Positions 40,141-50,547 are shown, counted from the stretch's first letter. The stretch is DNA of 52,027 nt from Verrucomicrobiales bacterium (GCA_031411295.1 JANOAV010000050.1:1-52027); one strand, 5' to 3'. Numbers and translations: made by a program. Notes: generated by a model from the sequence alone, not told the origin.

Positions 40141-40306
40141 ATGAGTTGATGTCTAGCCTTTAGGCGATTCCGAAAAAGCTCCGCGCAGCGGGGCTTCTTC
40201 GGGGGTGGGCTTGGCGTGATGCTATCGGCTGAAGCCTATACACCAACATTCTTTGCTCTCGCCTCAAGGCAAAGCACGTTGGTGTATAGCCTTTAGGCGA
40301 CAGCGC
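40141..40306. repeat. Right REP cluster of RAYT locus (three copies)
   Basis: Copies at 40141-40167, 40221-40253 (inverted) and 40278-40306 match the left REPs. Confidence 0.85.
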
Positions 40307-40326
40307 CCCGCGGAGTTCCATCAAAT

Positions 40327-41367
40327 CTACAACCGCCGCAAGCCATCCTCGGTCATCGGATTCGGGATCGCCACATCAATGGCATCGATGCGTGCTAACG
40401 TAGCGGCATCAAGCACCAGGTCCGCAGCGGGCAGGACTTCATTTAGCTGTTCCACGCTTGTGGCCCCCACGATGGTGCTGGCCACGAAATCATGCTGTTT
40501 ACTCCAGGCCAGTGCCAGGGTGGCCACGCTCACGCCTAGATCCTGCGCGATGGGTTCCAGTCGCGTGAAGGTTTCCAGAGTGCGCTCGTTGACGAAACGC
40601 TGCGCCATCTTCTTCTGCCGTGGACCACTGTTGGTAAGGTAGTCTGTGAAACGGGCTCCGGGCGGTAATTTTCCACCGTTATATTTGCCGGTCAGCACAC
40701 CGCCGCCCAGCGGGGAATAGGGCAGCAAGCTCACGCCTTCCTGACGGCAAACTTGCGCCAACTCACTCTCGCAGCGACGGTTGATTAACGAGAAATTATT
40801 CTGCACCGTGTCGATGCGGCTGAAGCTGTGTTTCTCGGATGTCCAGAGGCTCTTCATGACGCCCCAGCAGGTTTCGTTGCTGCTGCCAATGACACGAACT
40901 TTTCCCTGTTTCACCAACTCCGTCAGCGCTTCCAGCGTATCCTCCGGGCGCATGCCGTGGTCCGGCCAGTGGGTTTGATAAAGATCGATGTAGTCGGTCT
41001 GGAGTCGGCGGAGACTGTCCTCGCACGCTCGCATAATTTGCCGCCGATCCAACGCCGTGAAACCACCCCTAACTGGAGGCCGAAACCAACCATGGCCGGG
41101 CCCGATCACCTTCGTGGCGATCACGAAATGCTCCCGATTCTGCGTCCGCAACCACCGACCAACAATCTGCTCGGTCACTCCCACCAAGTCCGCGCTGGGA
41201 GGCACCGGATACACCTCCGCTGTGTCCAAAAAATCAATCCCGGCCTCCGCCGCCCGGTCCATGATGGCAAACGAAGTCCGTTCATCCGCCTGTAAGCCGA
41301 AGGTCATGGTGCCCAGGCAAATATCGGTCACTACTATTCCACTGCGTCCAAGTCGTTTTCGATTCAT
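40327..41367 (-). CDS. Aldo/keto reductase (Tas-like)
   Basis: [54 protein letters not shown]. Confidence 0.95.
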   Translation of the reverse strand: MNRKRLGRSGIVVTDICLGTMTFGLQADERTSFAIMDRAAEAGIDFLDTAEVYPVPPSADLVGVTEQIVGRWLRTQNREHFVIATKVIGPGHGWFRPPVRGGFTALDRRQIMRACEDSLRRLQTDYIDLYQTHWPDHGMRPEDTLEALTELVKQGKVRVIGSSNETCWGVMKSLWTSEKHSFSRIDTVQNNFSLINRRCESELAQVCRQEGVSLLPYSPLGGGVLTGKYNGGKLPPGARFTDYLTNSGPRQKKMAQRFVNERTLETFTRLEPIAQDLGVSVATLALAWSKQHDFVASTIVGATSVEQLNEVLPAADLVLDAATLARIDAIDVAIPNPMTEDGLRRL

Positions 41368-41548
41368 GGGGCAAATTCTGGCCAACTTCCGGGCCACGGC
41401 AACCAGGAAATAGGCACCAGTTGCTTTCATTCGGCTGGCGTGTGAAATTAGTCGCGTGATTCCGCCAGTTTCATCCGCCCAGCCACGACCTTCGCAGCGG
41501 GATGCGGCATGGCGGACAGAGTCGCGCCACTCCCAGTGAGCAGAATTT

Positions 41549-41983
41549 ATGAACCAGCCTCCGACTAACAGCGATCATCCCACACCGCGCAGTGCTTGGT
41601 GGGTGGGGTTGGTGCATCCGTTGCGCTGGGGATTCTGGCTGGTATCCATGCCGTTGTTGGGGTTGACCGCGTTGGGCGCATTCTTTTTCAGTCCGTGGTT
41701 GGGAGAGTGGCAGCAGAGCTGGAAAATTGGAGCGCACACCGAATTAAGGCTGGGGCGTTCCCTCAGTGCAACCACCCCCGAGGTGCGGGCCTGGATTCAC
41801 CTCGGTCCACTCAGACTGGCCCGGGGGATCTGTGCCAGGAATCGACGCATGGTGCCGGGCTGGGCTTACTATCATGATGATAGGGCCCAAGTTCATTGTT
41901 GGCAATACGGCTGGGGCCACGGCCCCACTAACTCTACTTGGGCCGCCCAGGGACTCTATTTGTGCTACGAGGCGGGACCCTGA
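41549..41983 (+). CDS. Hypothetical membrane protein
   Basis: ATG ORF filling the gap; one hydrophobic segment; Trp-rich; no family recognised. Confidence 0.45.
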   Translation: MNQPPTNSDHPTPRSAWWVGLVHPLRWGFWLVSMPLLGLTALGAFFFSPWLGEWQQSWKIGAHTELRLGRSLSATTPEVRAWIHLGPLRLARGICARNRRMVPGWAYYHDDRAQVHCWQYGWGHGPTNSTWAAQGLYLCYEAGP

Positions 41984-42095
41984 GCCTTCCCCGCATGACA
42001 CTTTCCTCATGCATTACGAGTAGTGTGAAATAAAGGTGGCATCGCTTCGGAGGTGGCGTTTGCTCTGGCAGTCATTTCACCCCTGTCCACATTCC

Positions 42096-42824
42096 ATGAA
42101 AACGTGTATCATCACCGGTCAACTACTCCCCGAGGCAGAATCCATGCCTACGGCAGCCTTGCGCCCATCGCTTTTGCAGTTCATCCAGAAGCATCATCCT
42201 CAAGTCACGGCTGAGGATTACATTGGCACGGACTCACTCAATGACATGCGGGCGAAGTATGTGGAGGATGCCTTGGAGGAGGAAGTAGGGCAACTTTCGC
42301 AATTGGAACGAGAGGTCATCGAGAGTCTGCGGGAGCACGAAATCCTTTCAGCCAGTCCCGACGATGACGAGGCCCTGCTGCATCGCACGTTCGGGGAGCG
42401 GGTGGCGGACATGATCGCTTCCTTTGGTGGCAGCTGGCGGTTCATCCTCTGCTTCCTCGGCTTTCTGATGGTGTGGATCTTGATCAATGTGGCGATGGTA
42501 GCATATCGTGGCAATGCCCCGGACGAATACCCGTTCATCCTCCTAAATTTGATCCTCTCCTGTGTGGCCGCGCTACAGGCGCCGGTGATTATGATGAGCC
42601 AAAAGCGTCAGGAGACGCGGGATCGGCACCACGCGCAGGCGGACTATCAGATCAATTTGAAGGCCGAATTGGAGATCCGCCACTTGCATGAAAAATTGGA
42701 TCACTTGCTGCGCCAACACAGTGAGCGGTTCCTCGAGATCCAGCAGATCCAAGTGGAGCTATTGCGGCAAATCGTGCGTTACCAACAAGGTTCAGCCGCT
42801 AGCGCGGCGGTGCCGATGGTGTAG
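42096..42824 (+). CDS. DUF1003 membrane protein
   Basis: FGGSWRFI, YPFILLNLILS, QAPVIMMSQ, NLKAELEI. Confidence 0.92.
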   Translation: MKTCIITGQLLPEAESMPTAALRPSLLQFIQKHHPQVTAEDYIGTDSLNDMRAKYVEDALEEEVGQLSQLEREVIESLREHEILSASPDDDEALLHRTFGERVADMIASFGGSWRFILCFLGFLMVWILINVAMVAYRGNAPDEYPFILLNLILSCVAALQAPVIMMSQKRQETRDRHHAQADYQINLKAELEIRHLHEKLDHLLRQHSERFLEIQQIQVELLRQIVRYQQGSAASAAVPMV

Positions 42825-42861
42825 TCTGACAACGGATCTTGCCCTCCGAAATTCCGACAAG

Positions 42862-42886
42862 ACAGCAGTCCAGCGGACTGCTGCCA
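42862..42886. repeat. REP-like palindrome family copy 1 (GCAGTCCAGCGGACTG core)
   Basis: AGCAGTCC-AGC-GGACTGCT followed by GCCAC; same core at 46152 and 46800. Confidence 0.75.
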
Positions 42887-42895
42887 CACTCTTGG

Positions 42896-45800
42896 TTATT
42901 TGAGTTCCTGGAAGAACTTGATGAGATCGGCCAGCGCTTCGGGGGTGATGTTGTTGACCAGGCCCGGAGTCATGTTAGAGACATGTTCGTCTTTGTCGTG
43001 CTTGGTGATACTGGCGGTGGGGATGGACTGGGTCATGGCGGCCATGTTGCGCAGGACGATTTCATCGCCCGCTTCCTTGATGGCGAAGCCGGCATACATC
43101 TGTCCATCTTTGGTGGTGACGATATGCGTGGGGAAACCCTGACTTACCGTGGCGTTAGGATTGAGGATGCTTTCGATGATTTCCTCCGGCTTGTAACGCA
43201 GGGCGATATCGAACAGGTTCGGTCCCTTGGGGGCGTCCGCTTTTCCAGTCACGTGACAAGCGCCACACCCTTGTTCCTGGAAGACTTTCTGACCGTGCTT
43301 GCCGTTGGCCGCACCACTCTTGAGATGGGCCAGGGCTTTTTCGATGGCCACACTTTGTTCCATTTGGCCGATGTCCTTTGGCTTCATGTTGGCCAGCTTG
43401 CCCATGGCCTTGGCCAGCGTGTCCTGATCCTTGGCCCATTGGGGATCCGCCGTGGTGCTAACGACGGCAATGCCATTTATCTTCACACGGTGGCGGTTCA
43501 ATTCATTGCTAAGGTGCACTTTGGCGGCATCACTGGCACGGTTGAAAAATGCCAGCAGCGATTGTTCCACGCGGGGTGTCTCGCTCCAGGGATCGCGCTT
43601 GTAGTAAGGGCCAGTGGTATCCGGGCGGGTGCCCCAGGAACTGGCGTCCCAGGCTCCTTCATCGTTCACCAGCCGCACCAGAGCTGTCACCAGGCCCTTT
43701 TGGAGCGTGGGATCGGTGGCTTTTTCCAAGCGCGCAATCAATCCGCTAACAACTTCCGGCGTATGCAACTGACGGAGCACGCGCAAGGCGGCGGCGTGCT
43801 GGGACGGCTCGCTCTCCAAGGCCTTGAGGCAGATCTCGGCAGCCTGCAACTTGATCAATGCCTGCGAGGCCACGTGCGGCAAGGCGCGGGTGGTGTCGGT
43901 GTAAGTTTCTTCCTCGTTGCTCCTCTTTCCTTCCAGCACGGAAGGCAGCGCATCCACATAGACTTGGAATTGCACACTGCCGCCATCGCCCTGGTTGCAA
44001 CCCACGTCATCCAGACCGCCTTGGGCGACAAATTTCGTCACTCCGGCAGGGATGTCGTAAGCGATGACGCTCACGGCGTGGGTGCCAATGCCATACGCCA
44101 CTGGCTTGCCATCGACCATCAGCGGGCTGCCGGTAGTGCTTTTGTTGACGTTGGTGGCTCCCCAGCCCTGAGTGGCCGATTTCCATTTGAGATCGGTCAG
44201 CTTAGTTTCGCCTTGGGGGCCCACGAATCGTGGTTCCATCCAGTTGGCATGATCCAATCCATTGCCATCACCTGAATCGGTGACCACCAAATAGACCACC
44301 TTACCGCCCGTGATGTCTGCTTCCACGGGGGCACAACGGCCTGGCCGTCCTTTCTTGATGTTGCCCACATTGGCCCGCGGTTCCGGTTCTGGGGCGAGGC
44401 CGATCTCCTTGGCCTTGGCCGCAATTGGCAGCAGGGCCGCGGCCCCATCCTTGCGGTTAAGGCGGCCTAACGCGATGGCCGCCTGCGCCTTGACGTGATC
44501 GTTGGCATCTTTTAAAGCATCCGTCAGCAGAGCGGTGGGGACATCCGCGCCCTCCGCCGGAACATCGGCCAGCGCGCGGATGGCGAATTCCTTGACCGCC
44601 GGATCGGCCGCCAATTGCACGAGGAACGGAGTCGCCTTGGCGTGTTGCAGTTGCTTGTAGGTAAAGATGGCCGCAATGCGTCCCGGCACGCTCGTTCCCT
44701 TGCGGGCGGCGGCTTCGAGGAGCGGAATGAATGCCGCCGCGTCTTTGCGGCGGAGGATTTCCTGCTGCGCGGTGAGTCGCAACATGTGGCTCTCCGCATT
44801 CGTCAGATCAGCCACCAGAGCGGCGGGGGCTTTCTTGGCGAAATTCAGGTCGGGCTTTTTGCCAGTTGGTTTGGAGGGACTAACCCGCACGATATAACCA
44901 GCGTTTTCGTCCTTGTAGCTAAAGGTGGCGCCCTTCCATGAGGAGACATAGGCATTCCCCAGCGCATCCATTTTCATGTCCGTCACCCGCTCCAGTTCCA
45001 GCAGCGTATCCTGGGTGATACTGAAGGAGGCGTCCTGATCCTTTAGCGTATGACGGAAGACTGCGCTGCGGCCCCAGTCACAGGTGTAGAGCGCATCATC
45101 ATAACCTTCCGGCCAACCGAATCCCTTTTCCTGGACGTAGGTCCCGCCCACTCCAGAGCCGCCACCAAAGATTCCTAACACGGGAAACGTTTCATCCGTG
45201 AAGTGCTTGAATTTCCGGGGATAGCCCAGATCCACTCCACCCAGGTAGTATTCCACCCGCGTGTCCCAGCCACCGCCATCATTCGTGTTATCACGGGCGA
45301 AGAGATTGAGCCACGGATCCACCGCCACTTCATAAATATTCCGCGTTCCCCGTGCGTAAAGCTCCATTCCCGTGCCGTCGGGACGCACGCGCACAACTCC
45401 TCCAGCACGCAGTTGAAATTTCGTCCCGTCCCGCCCCTCCGCTTCCATAAAGCCGAAGTCACCAATGGCCAAGTAGACCCAGCCATCGATGCCCAAGGTC
45501 GCTCCGTTGGAAGTGTGGTCCGGCGGCCGCTTGTCCAAGGGGAAGCCAATGCCCTTAATCAGCACCGTGCGCTCCTCCGCCACCCCGTCCCCATCCTTAT
45601 CCCGGAAGGCTTCCAGCTCCGGTGGGTGTAAACAAATCAGGGTATCCCCCACCAAGGCCAGACCCCGTGGGCTCGTCACCTTGTCAGCGAAGACCGTTTT
45701 CTTGTCGGCCACGCCATCGCCATTGGTATCCACCAATTTATAAATGAACCCACGATCCGGCTTGGTATCCAGCGAGCCATTCTTATCCACAGAAACATAG

Positions 45801-45985
45801 AGATCTCCATTGGCCGCCGCCTCGACGAAGGTGGGGTAATTTACCATCGGCGGAGCGGCAAACAGCGTCGCCTGCAATCCATCTGGCAGCTTCTTGGGCA
45901 ACGGCTGATCCGCTGCGGATGACAGCGACCAGGGCAGGGCCAGCAGCGGTAAAATAGAGAGGGGGCAGATAAGGGGGCGTTTCAT
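42896..45985 (-). CDS. PVC-type membrane-bound dehydrogenase-like protein: beta-propeller, HEAT repeats, NPCBM/NEW2 domain, heme c domain
   Basis: DTNGDGVAD, GTRN, DNTNDGGGW; GIGTHA (NPCBM); CGACH and distal Met (SNMTPGL). Start at MKRPLICP signal peptide. Confidence 0.9.
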   Translation of the reverse strand: MKRPLICPLSILPLLALPWSLSSAADQPLPKKLPDGLQATLFAAPPMVNYPTFVEAAANGDLYVSVDKNGSLDTKPDRGFIYKLVDTNGDGVADKKTVFADKVTSPRGLALVGDTLICLHPPELEAFRDKDGDGVAEERTVLIKGIGFPLDKRPPDHTSNGATLGIDGWVYLAIGDFGFMEAEGRDGTKFQLRAGGVVRVRPDGTGMELYARGTRNIYEVAVDPWLNLFARDNTNDGGGWDTRVEYYLGGVDLGYPRKFKHFTDETFPVLGIFGGGSGVGGTYVQEKGFGWPEGYDDALYTCDWGRSAVFRHTLKDQDASFSITQDTLLELERVTDMKMDALGNAYVSSWKGATFSYKDENAGYIVRVSPSKPTGKKPDLNFAKKAPAALVADLTNAESHMLRLTAQQEILRRKDAAAFIPLLEAAARKGTSVPGRIAAIFTYKQLQHAKATPFLVQLAADPAVKEFAIRALADVPAEGADVPTALLTDALKDANDHVKAQAAIALGRLNRKDGAAALLPIAAKAKEIGLAPEPEPRANVGNIKKGRPGRCAPVEADITGGKVVYLVVTDSGDGNGLDHANWMEPRFVGPQGETKLTDLKWKSATQGWGATNVNKSTTGSPLMVDGKPVAYGIGTHAVSVIAYDIPAGVTKFVAQGGLDDVGCNQGDGGSVQFQVYVDALPSVLEGKRSNEEETYTDTTRALPHVASQALIKLQAAEICLKALESEPSQHAAALRVLRQLHTPEVVSGLIARLEKATDPTLQKGLVTALVRLVNDEGAWDASSWGTRPDTTGPYYKRDPWSETPRVEQSLLAFFNRASDAAKVHLSNELNRHRVKINGIAVVSTTADPQWAKDQDTLAKAMGKLANMKPKDIGQMEQSVAIEKALAHLKSGAANGKHGQKVFQEQGCGACHVTGKADAPKGPNLFDIALRYKPEEIIESILNPNATVSQGFPTHIVTTKDGQMYAGFAIKEAGDEIVLRNMAAMTQSIPTASITKHDKDEHVSNMTPGLVNNITPEALADLIKFFQELK

Positions 45986-46151
45986 AAAAGAGAATGGAAA
46001 TGGGCTGGTATAGAAACGTCTGCCTGCCGCTTGGCAACCTGTAAAAGCAAGGCGTGTTCGAGTAGGCTCAGGGGCTGCGCTCCACGACGACTGCCCCGTA
46101 GCCACTGGAACGAGTGTGGAGCAGTCGGCTCGACTGCTCACCCCACCCCGC

Positions 46152-46179
46152 CCACCGCAGTCCAGCGGACTGCGACCAC
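46152..46179. repeat. REP-like palindrome family copy 2
   Basis: CCACCGCAGTCCAGCGGACTGCGACCAC. Confidence 0.75.
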
Positions 46180-46263
46180 CTTCGGCTGGCGCCTGCCTTG
46201 CTCGGTTGCAGGGCGAGGATTGCGATGGTAACAAACCAAGCCGCTGCTTCACTCTTTGACCTC

Positions 46264-46560
46264 ATGGAAACCATGTCCTCTTCCCGAAAATCCCCCTTCG
46301 CTTCTGTCGTGGCGCTCATGCTTGTGCTTTACGTGGGGAGTTATTGCTGGCTGCGGTTTGGGATGGCCGAACAAATTTCTTTTCCAACCTTGTCGGGCTT
46401 ACCAACGCTTTGCCTGTCGAATAAGCGATGGGAAGGATTCGGTGACCGCCTGAATTTCTTCTTCAAGCCGTTGCTGAAGGCCGATGCACTCATTTCAAGG
46501 AAAAAAATCGTCTGGTTTGTGAGTGAGGACTTCTTGGAATATCTTATCGAGAAGGCCTAA
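46264..46560 (+). CDS. Small hypothetical membrane protein
   Basis: VVALMLVLYVGSY TM segment and FFKPL..D motif; lower GC than flanks. Confidence 0.55.
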   Translation: METMSSSRKSPFASVVALMLVLYVGSYCWLRFGMAEQISFPTLSGLPTLCLSNKRWEGFGDRLNFFFKPLLKADALISRKKIVWFVSEDFLEYLIEKA

Positions 46561-46661
46561 AAGCGACCCACCGCTCGGTTCCCCACAGCGGAGCACTCGT
46601 TTGCAGCCCCCGGAATGTGGAGCATCAGGCCAAGCCTGCAGCATGAGCCCAGCGTGCTCCA

Positions 46662-46682
46662 CCGCCTGAAGGCGGAACTCCA
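46662..46682 (-). repeat. Single REP-like palindrome TGGAGTTCCGCCTTCAGGCGG
   Basis: CCGCCT-GA-AGGCGG hairpin with TGGAG leader on the minus strand. Confidence 0.6.
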
Positions 46683-46799
46683 GCGGATGATCCATGGGTG
46701 TTGAACCTGCATGTTCCTGCGCAGCCCTGGCTCCCGGCTGAGGACAGCCGGGACACTTTCTACACAACGTGTGTCAACTGTCCCCAGTCGGCAGCGCCT

Positions 46800-46827
46800 C
46801 CACCGCAGTCCAGCGGACTGTGGCCAC
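46800..46827. repeat. REP-like palindrome family copy 3
   Basis: CCACCGCAGTCCAGCGGACTGTGGCCAC, 26/28 identical to copy 2. Confidence 0.75.
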
Positions 46828-46928
46828 TCTCAGAGCCGCCTTGCTCCGTTTCCCGCCCTGAGGCCCAAGACTCTGAGGGGAAATCGGCTTGAACGATTGG
46901 GGCGCAGCGGATATGGACGCGGGGTCGC

Positions 46929-48338
46929 ATGGTTTTCTCTTCCCCACTCTTTCTCTTCTACTTCTTGCTGCTCTCGCTGGTGGTTTACTATGGATCGCCC
47001 ATGCGGTGGCGGCATTTGGGGCTGACGGTGCTGAGTAATGTGTTCTACGGATGGTGGAATCCCTGGTTCGTGCTGCTGATGTTCGGGTCCACGGCGGTGG
47101 ATTATGGTTGCGGGTTGCTGATCGCGCGGGGGAAACATCGGAAGCTGGGGGTGATGCTGTCGGTGACGTCGAACTTGGCGCTGCTGGGGTTCTTCAAATA
47201 TTGTTATTTCGCCTATGCCAGTCTGAGTGCGGCGGCCCAGGCGCTGGGGTCGAGTCTGCCGGAGGCGCCGGCTTGGATGACGGGGATTGTGCTGCCGATG
47301 GGGATCTCGTTCTATGTCTTCCAGTCGATGAGTTACTGCATCGATCTCTACCGGGGGCATGCGCCGCCTGCGCGCAACTTCGTGGACTTCGCCTGCTTCG
47401 TGAGTCTGTATCCGCAACTGGTAGCGGGTCCCATTGTGCGCTATGGGAGCATTGCGCATCAGTTGCAGCACCGGACGCATTCGGTGGAGGGTTTCACGGC
47501 GGGCGTGGCGCGATTCTGTTTGGGCTTCGTCAAAAAGATTCTGCTGGCGGATGCCATGGGACAACTGGCGGATACGGCGTTCAAGGCCGGGCCGGGATCG
47601 CTGGGGATGCTGGCGGCGTGGTTGGGGGTGGTGGCGTATGCGTTCCAGATCTACTTCGATTTCAGTGCCTATAGCGACATGGCGATCGGGCTGGGGCGGA
47701 TGTTTGGGTTCCGGTTTGTGGAGAATTTCAATTCGCCCTATCAGAGCCGCAGCATCACGGAGTTCTGGCGGCGGTGGCATATTTCCCTGAGCACCTTTCT
47801 GCGGGACTATCTCTACATCCCGCTGGGGGGTAATCGCAAGGGCGTGCGGCGGACGTATGTGAACTTGATGACGGTCATGCTCATCGGCGGGCTGTGGCAC
47901 GGGGCGCAGTGGACGTTTGTGATCTGGGGCGGGATTCACGGAATGATGCTGGCGGTAGAACGCATGCTGGGCCAGAAGCCCACGCATCCCGGTTGGGCCT
48001 CCAGTTGGCGCGTGCTGGTGACGTTTGTGATTCTGCTCATCACTTGGGTCTTCTTCCGGGCGGAAAATTTCACCGTCGCCCGCTCCTACCTTACGGCCAT
48101 GTTCGGATTCGCGCAGACCGCGGATACAGCCATGCTGCTGACGGCGGTGCTAACGAGTCGGGCCGCTACTTTTTATTTTGCCGTGGCAGCGATCATTGTT
48201 TGGTTCTGTCCCAATAGTCAGGTGTTGCTGCAACGTTTGACGGCTTGGAAGGTGGTGCTGTGCTTGCTGCTGTTCGTGGTGGCGGTGGCGATGATGTTCC
48301 AGCAAGGGTATAGCCCGTTTCTGTATTTCCAGTTTTAG
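46929..48338 (+). CDS. MBOAT O-acyltransferase (AlgI/PatA-like)
   Basis: MVFSS..F, LPMGISFYVFQ, PQLVAGPIVR, QIYFDFSAYSDMAIG, FWRRWHISLS, GLWHGA, FLYFQF. Confidence 0.96.
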   Translation: MVFSSPLFLFYFLLLSLVVYYGSPMRWRHLGLTVLSNVFYGWWNPWFVLLMFGSTAVDYGCGLLIARGKHRKLGVMLSVTSNLALLGFFKYCYFAYASLSAAAQALGSSLPEAPAWMTGIVLPMGISFYVFQSMSYCIDLYRGHAPPARNFVDFACFVSLYPQLVAGPIVRYGSIAHQLQHRTHSVEGFTAGVARFCLGFVKKILLADAMGQLADTAFKAGPGSLGMLAAWLGVVAYAFQIYFDFSAYSDMAIGLGRMFGFRFVENFNSPYQSRSITEFWRRWHISLSTFLRDYLYIPLGGNRKGVRRTYVNLMTVMLIGGLWHGAQWTFVIWGGIHGMMLAVERMLGQKPTHPGWASSWRVLVTFVILLITWVFFRAENFTVARSYLTAMFGFAQTADTAMLLTAVLTSRAATFYFAVAAIIVWFCPNSQVLLQRLTAWKVVLCLLLFVVAVAMMFQQGYSPFLYFQF

Positions 48339-48386
48339 GCTGAACTTGAGCAATGGGGCTTGAGTTAACCCCTTTTCAAACCAATT

Positions 48387-48495
48387 GCCGCAAAAGAACG
48401 CAAGGAACGCAAAATTGAAGTTATTAACGCGGTCGGGAGCGTTGCCCTCGGCAGAAACGGCCCTGCTTTTTGCGTTCTTTGCGTTCTTTTGCGGC
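48387..48495. repeat. 28-bp inverted repeat between convergent genes
   Basis: GCCGCAAAAGAACGCAAGGAACGCAAAA (48387-48414) versus TTTTGCGTTCTTTGCGTTCTTTTGCGGC (48468-48495), one G-T mismatch. Confidence 0.85.
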
Positions 48496-48525
48496 CATCG
48501 TTCAAAGCAGAGGCTACTTTCGAGG

Positions 48526-49482
48526 TTAACGTTTGATGGGGATGGTGGTCCACTCTTTCTCGGTCACCTCACGGATCGAGAAGCACCAGACGACGAGCTT
48601 CTTTCCTTTCCAGAAATCCGGTTTGGTAATCGCCTTGCGTGCCAACTGCATGCGGGCGGCATCCGTGCCCCCACCAGCATTGGCGACCTGCATCCAAGGC
48701 TGGCCGGTGCCGGCTTGGAGGAGATCCAGCAATCCCCCACCCTGACAGTGAAAGCCCGCATTCGCCCCGCCACTGAAGATGAGCGTGTGGCTATCGCCCA
48801 GTAAAATGGCGGCTGCGTCGGGGGTGGGCGGCAGGACTTGAGAGGTCCGCTGCAGCAGGATCTTCTCCGGTCCCAGAGCTTCCGTGGCCGGCGTGGTCAT
48901 GAGGTCACCCGTGATCTCCAAACTGCTAGCCTCCCCCAGCGGCACGGCGGGCTTGAACCACGATTGATCTTTTATCTTAGCCTGGACCAAGGTGGCGGCC
49001 AATTGAATTCCCGCCGGCGACCAATGGGCGTCGCGCTGGCAGTAAATCAGGGTGGCGGGATCCTTTTGCCGCTGCGCCTGGAAGGCCGACGCCAGATCGA
49101 TGACATTTACCTTGGCGGATTCCAAGGCCTTGATGAATTCCGCCTGCCGTCCCGCCAGTTCCTGCGGGGCCGCTCCGGCACTGAGTTTGTCCGGATAAAT
49201 TTCCGCCTTGGCGGGCACGGGCAGCACGATGAGCTGCACGCCTTCGGCTGCGAGGGCGGTCTGATAGGCAATGATGGCTTGCACGGCGGGAGTCACCGCC
49301 TCCGCCGTGAGCGCGCCCTTGACGAGGTGCGTCATTTCCTGCTGCAGGAAAAGCCACTTATCCTGACCCACCACGGCCAACTCTGACTGGGCGGAGGCGG
49401 AAGCAATTTTGTCCGTCAGCTCCGAAGCCTCAGCGGCGGCAGGCAACAGATGCAGCAGGGAAAGGAGGATGGCTGGTTTCAT
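48526..49482 (-). CDS. AlgJ/AlgX-like SGNH O-acetyltransferase
   Basis: G.DKWLF, VPAKAEIYPD, DAHWSPAG (DxH), LLGDSH; signal peptide. Confidence 0.9.
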   Translation of the reverse strand: MKPAILLSLLHLLPAAAEASELTDKIASASAQSELAVVGQDKWLFLQQEMTHLVKGALTAEAVTPAVQAIIAYQTALAAEGVQLIVLPVPAKAEIYPDKLSAGAAPQELAGRQAEFIKALESAKVNVIDLASAFQAQRQKDPATLIYCQRDAHWSPAGIQLAATLVQAKIKDQSWFKPAVPLGEASSLEITGDLMTTPATEALGPEKILLQRTSQVLPPTPDAAAILLGDSHTLIFSGGANAGFHCQGGGLLDLLQAGTGQPWMQVANAGGGTDAARMQLARKAITKPDFWKGKKLVVWCFSIREVTEKEWTTIPIKR

Positions 49483-49663
49483 GAGTAAGGAAGCAGCAGT
49501 GAAGTAAAGCGGAGCACAGAAAAATCAAGCCAGCAGACGGATCCCTCAGACCGCGTTAACGCTACGATGTGAGCAACCGTAGTTTGGCGTTGGCAGGGGG
49601 AATCACCTCCACGAGGGGAATAAATTGCCGCCGAGCCTGCGGTTTCCGCCCTTCTTCCCGAAA

Positions 49664-49681
49664 CGTAACCAGTTTGTTACG
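49664..49681. promoter_or_regulatory. Candidate transcription-factor operator
   Basis: CGTAAC-N6-GTTACG palindrome in the AT-richer divergent intergenic region. Confidence 0.3.
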
Positions 49682-49803
49682 ATAAATCGTGGCATTTTTG
49701 TCATAATTAATGTAACCGGAGCTGTCCATGAGTCGTCGTGAGGTAACAGCGCAGGCCGTTGTTCGACAACTCCTGCCCCGACCAGTTTCTTTTCCATATT
49801 GCC

Positions 49804-50547
49804 ATGGGTAATCCCCTCGTTCGCTTCCTTTCCCGCCACCTGCCGCCCAACACCACCAAGACCGTTTGCCCGCCGGGCCCGCTGTCCGCTTCCGCGAGCC
49901 CGCTTCCTTTGGTGGTGGTGGCTTCATTTCCCCGCACTGGCACGCATGTCCTCATCGACCTCATCCTGAATAATTTCCCCGCCTACCGGCGGGATCCACT
50001 CTATGTGAATCTGGACGAATACCTTCGGGCGGGCCTGCCGATGGATGACTTGTTGCGCGTGGGTGGGTATGTGCTCAAGACACACCATCCAGAAGCCACC
50101 TTTTCGGCCGAGGAGCAGGCGGCTTATGAACGTGTGTTCCAGGCCGCCATTCTCCTCATGCCTGCCCGTCCGGCGGTGGACGTCGCGCGTTCCTACCGCC
50201 GCATGCTGGGTGGAGACCGGGAGCGGGATCTGCCCAGCGCACTTCGGGCCTACGAGACCTTTTGGAGCCCACTCCAACCAGAGATGTTTGCGTTTGCCGA
50301 ACTGATTGATCCATCGTTTACCCCTGCGATAATCGCTCGGTTGGCAACGATTCTCGGCAAACCCCCGAGCGCTCGCACCATCGGTCCTCCTTCCCGGAGT
50401 AGTTACCTCCGCGTCTGCCTGCGGAAATTGGCCACCCGCCTGCTGGGGAACAAACTTTCCGTGGTCAACACCACCGTGGGCTTTGCCAAAACCAAGACCG
50501 CGCCCCGCTTGGAGCCCGCTCCCTGGCAACGGCATGAGCAAGGATGA
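49804..50547 (+). CDS. Sulfotransferase-like protein
   Basis: PAPS 5'-phosphosulfate loop VASFPRTGTH, KTHH, 3'-phosphate-like RPAVDVARS. Confidence 0.7.
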   Translation: MGNPLVRFLSRHLPPNTTKTVCPPGPLSASASPLPLVVVASFPRTGTHVLIDLILNNFPAYRRDPLYVNLDEYLRAGLPMDDLLRVGGYVLKTHHPEATFSAEEQAAYERVFQAAILLMPARPAVDVARSYRRMLGGDRERDLPSALRAYETFWSPLQPEMFAFAELIDPSFTPAIIARLATILGKPPSARTIGPPSRSSYLRVCLRKLATRLLGNKLSVVNTTVGFAKTKTAPRLEPAPWQRHEQG

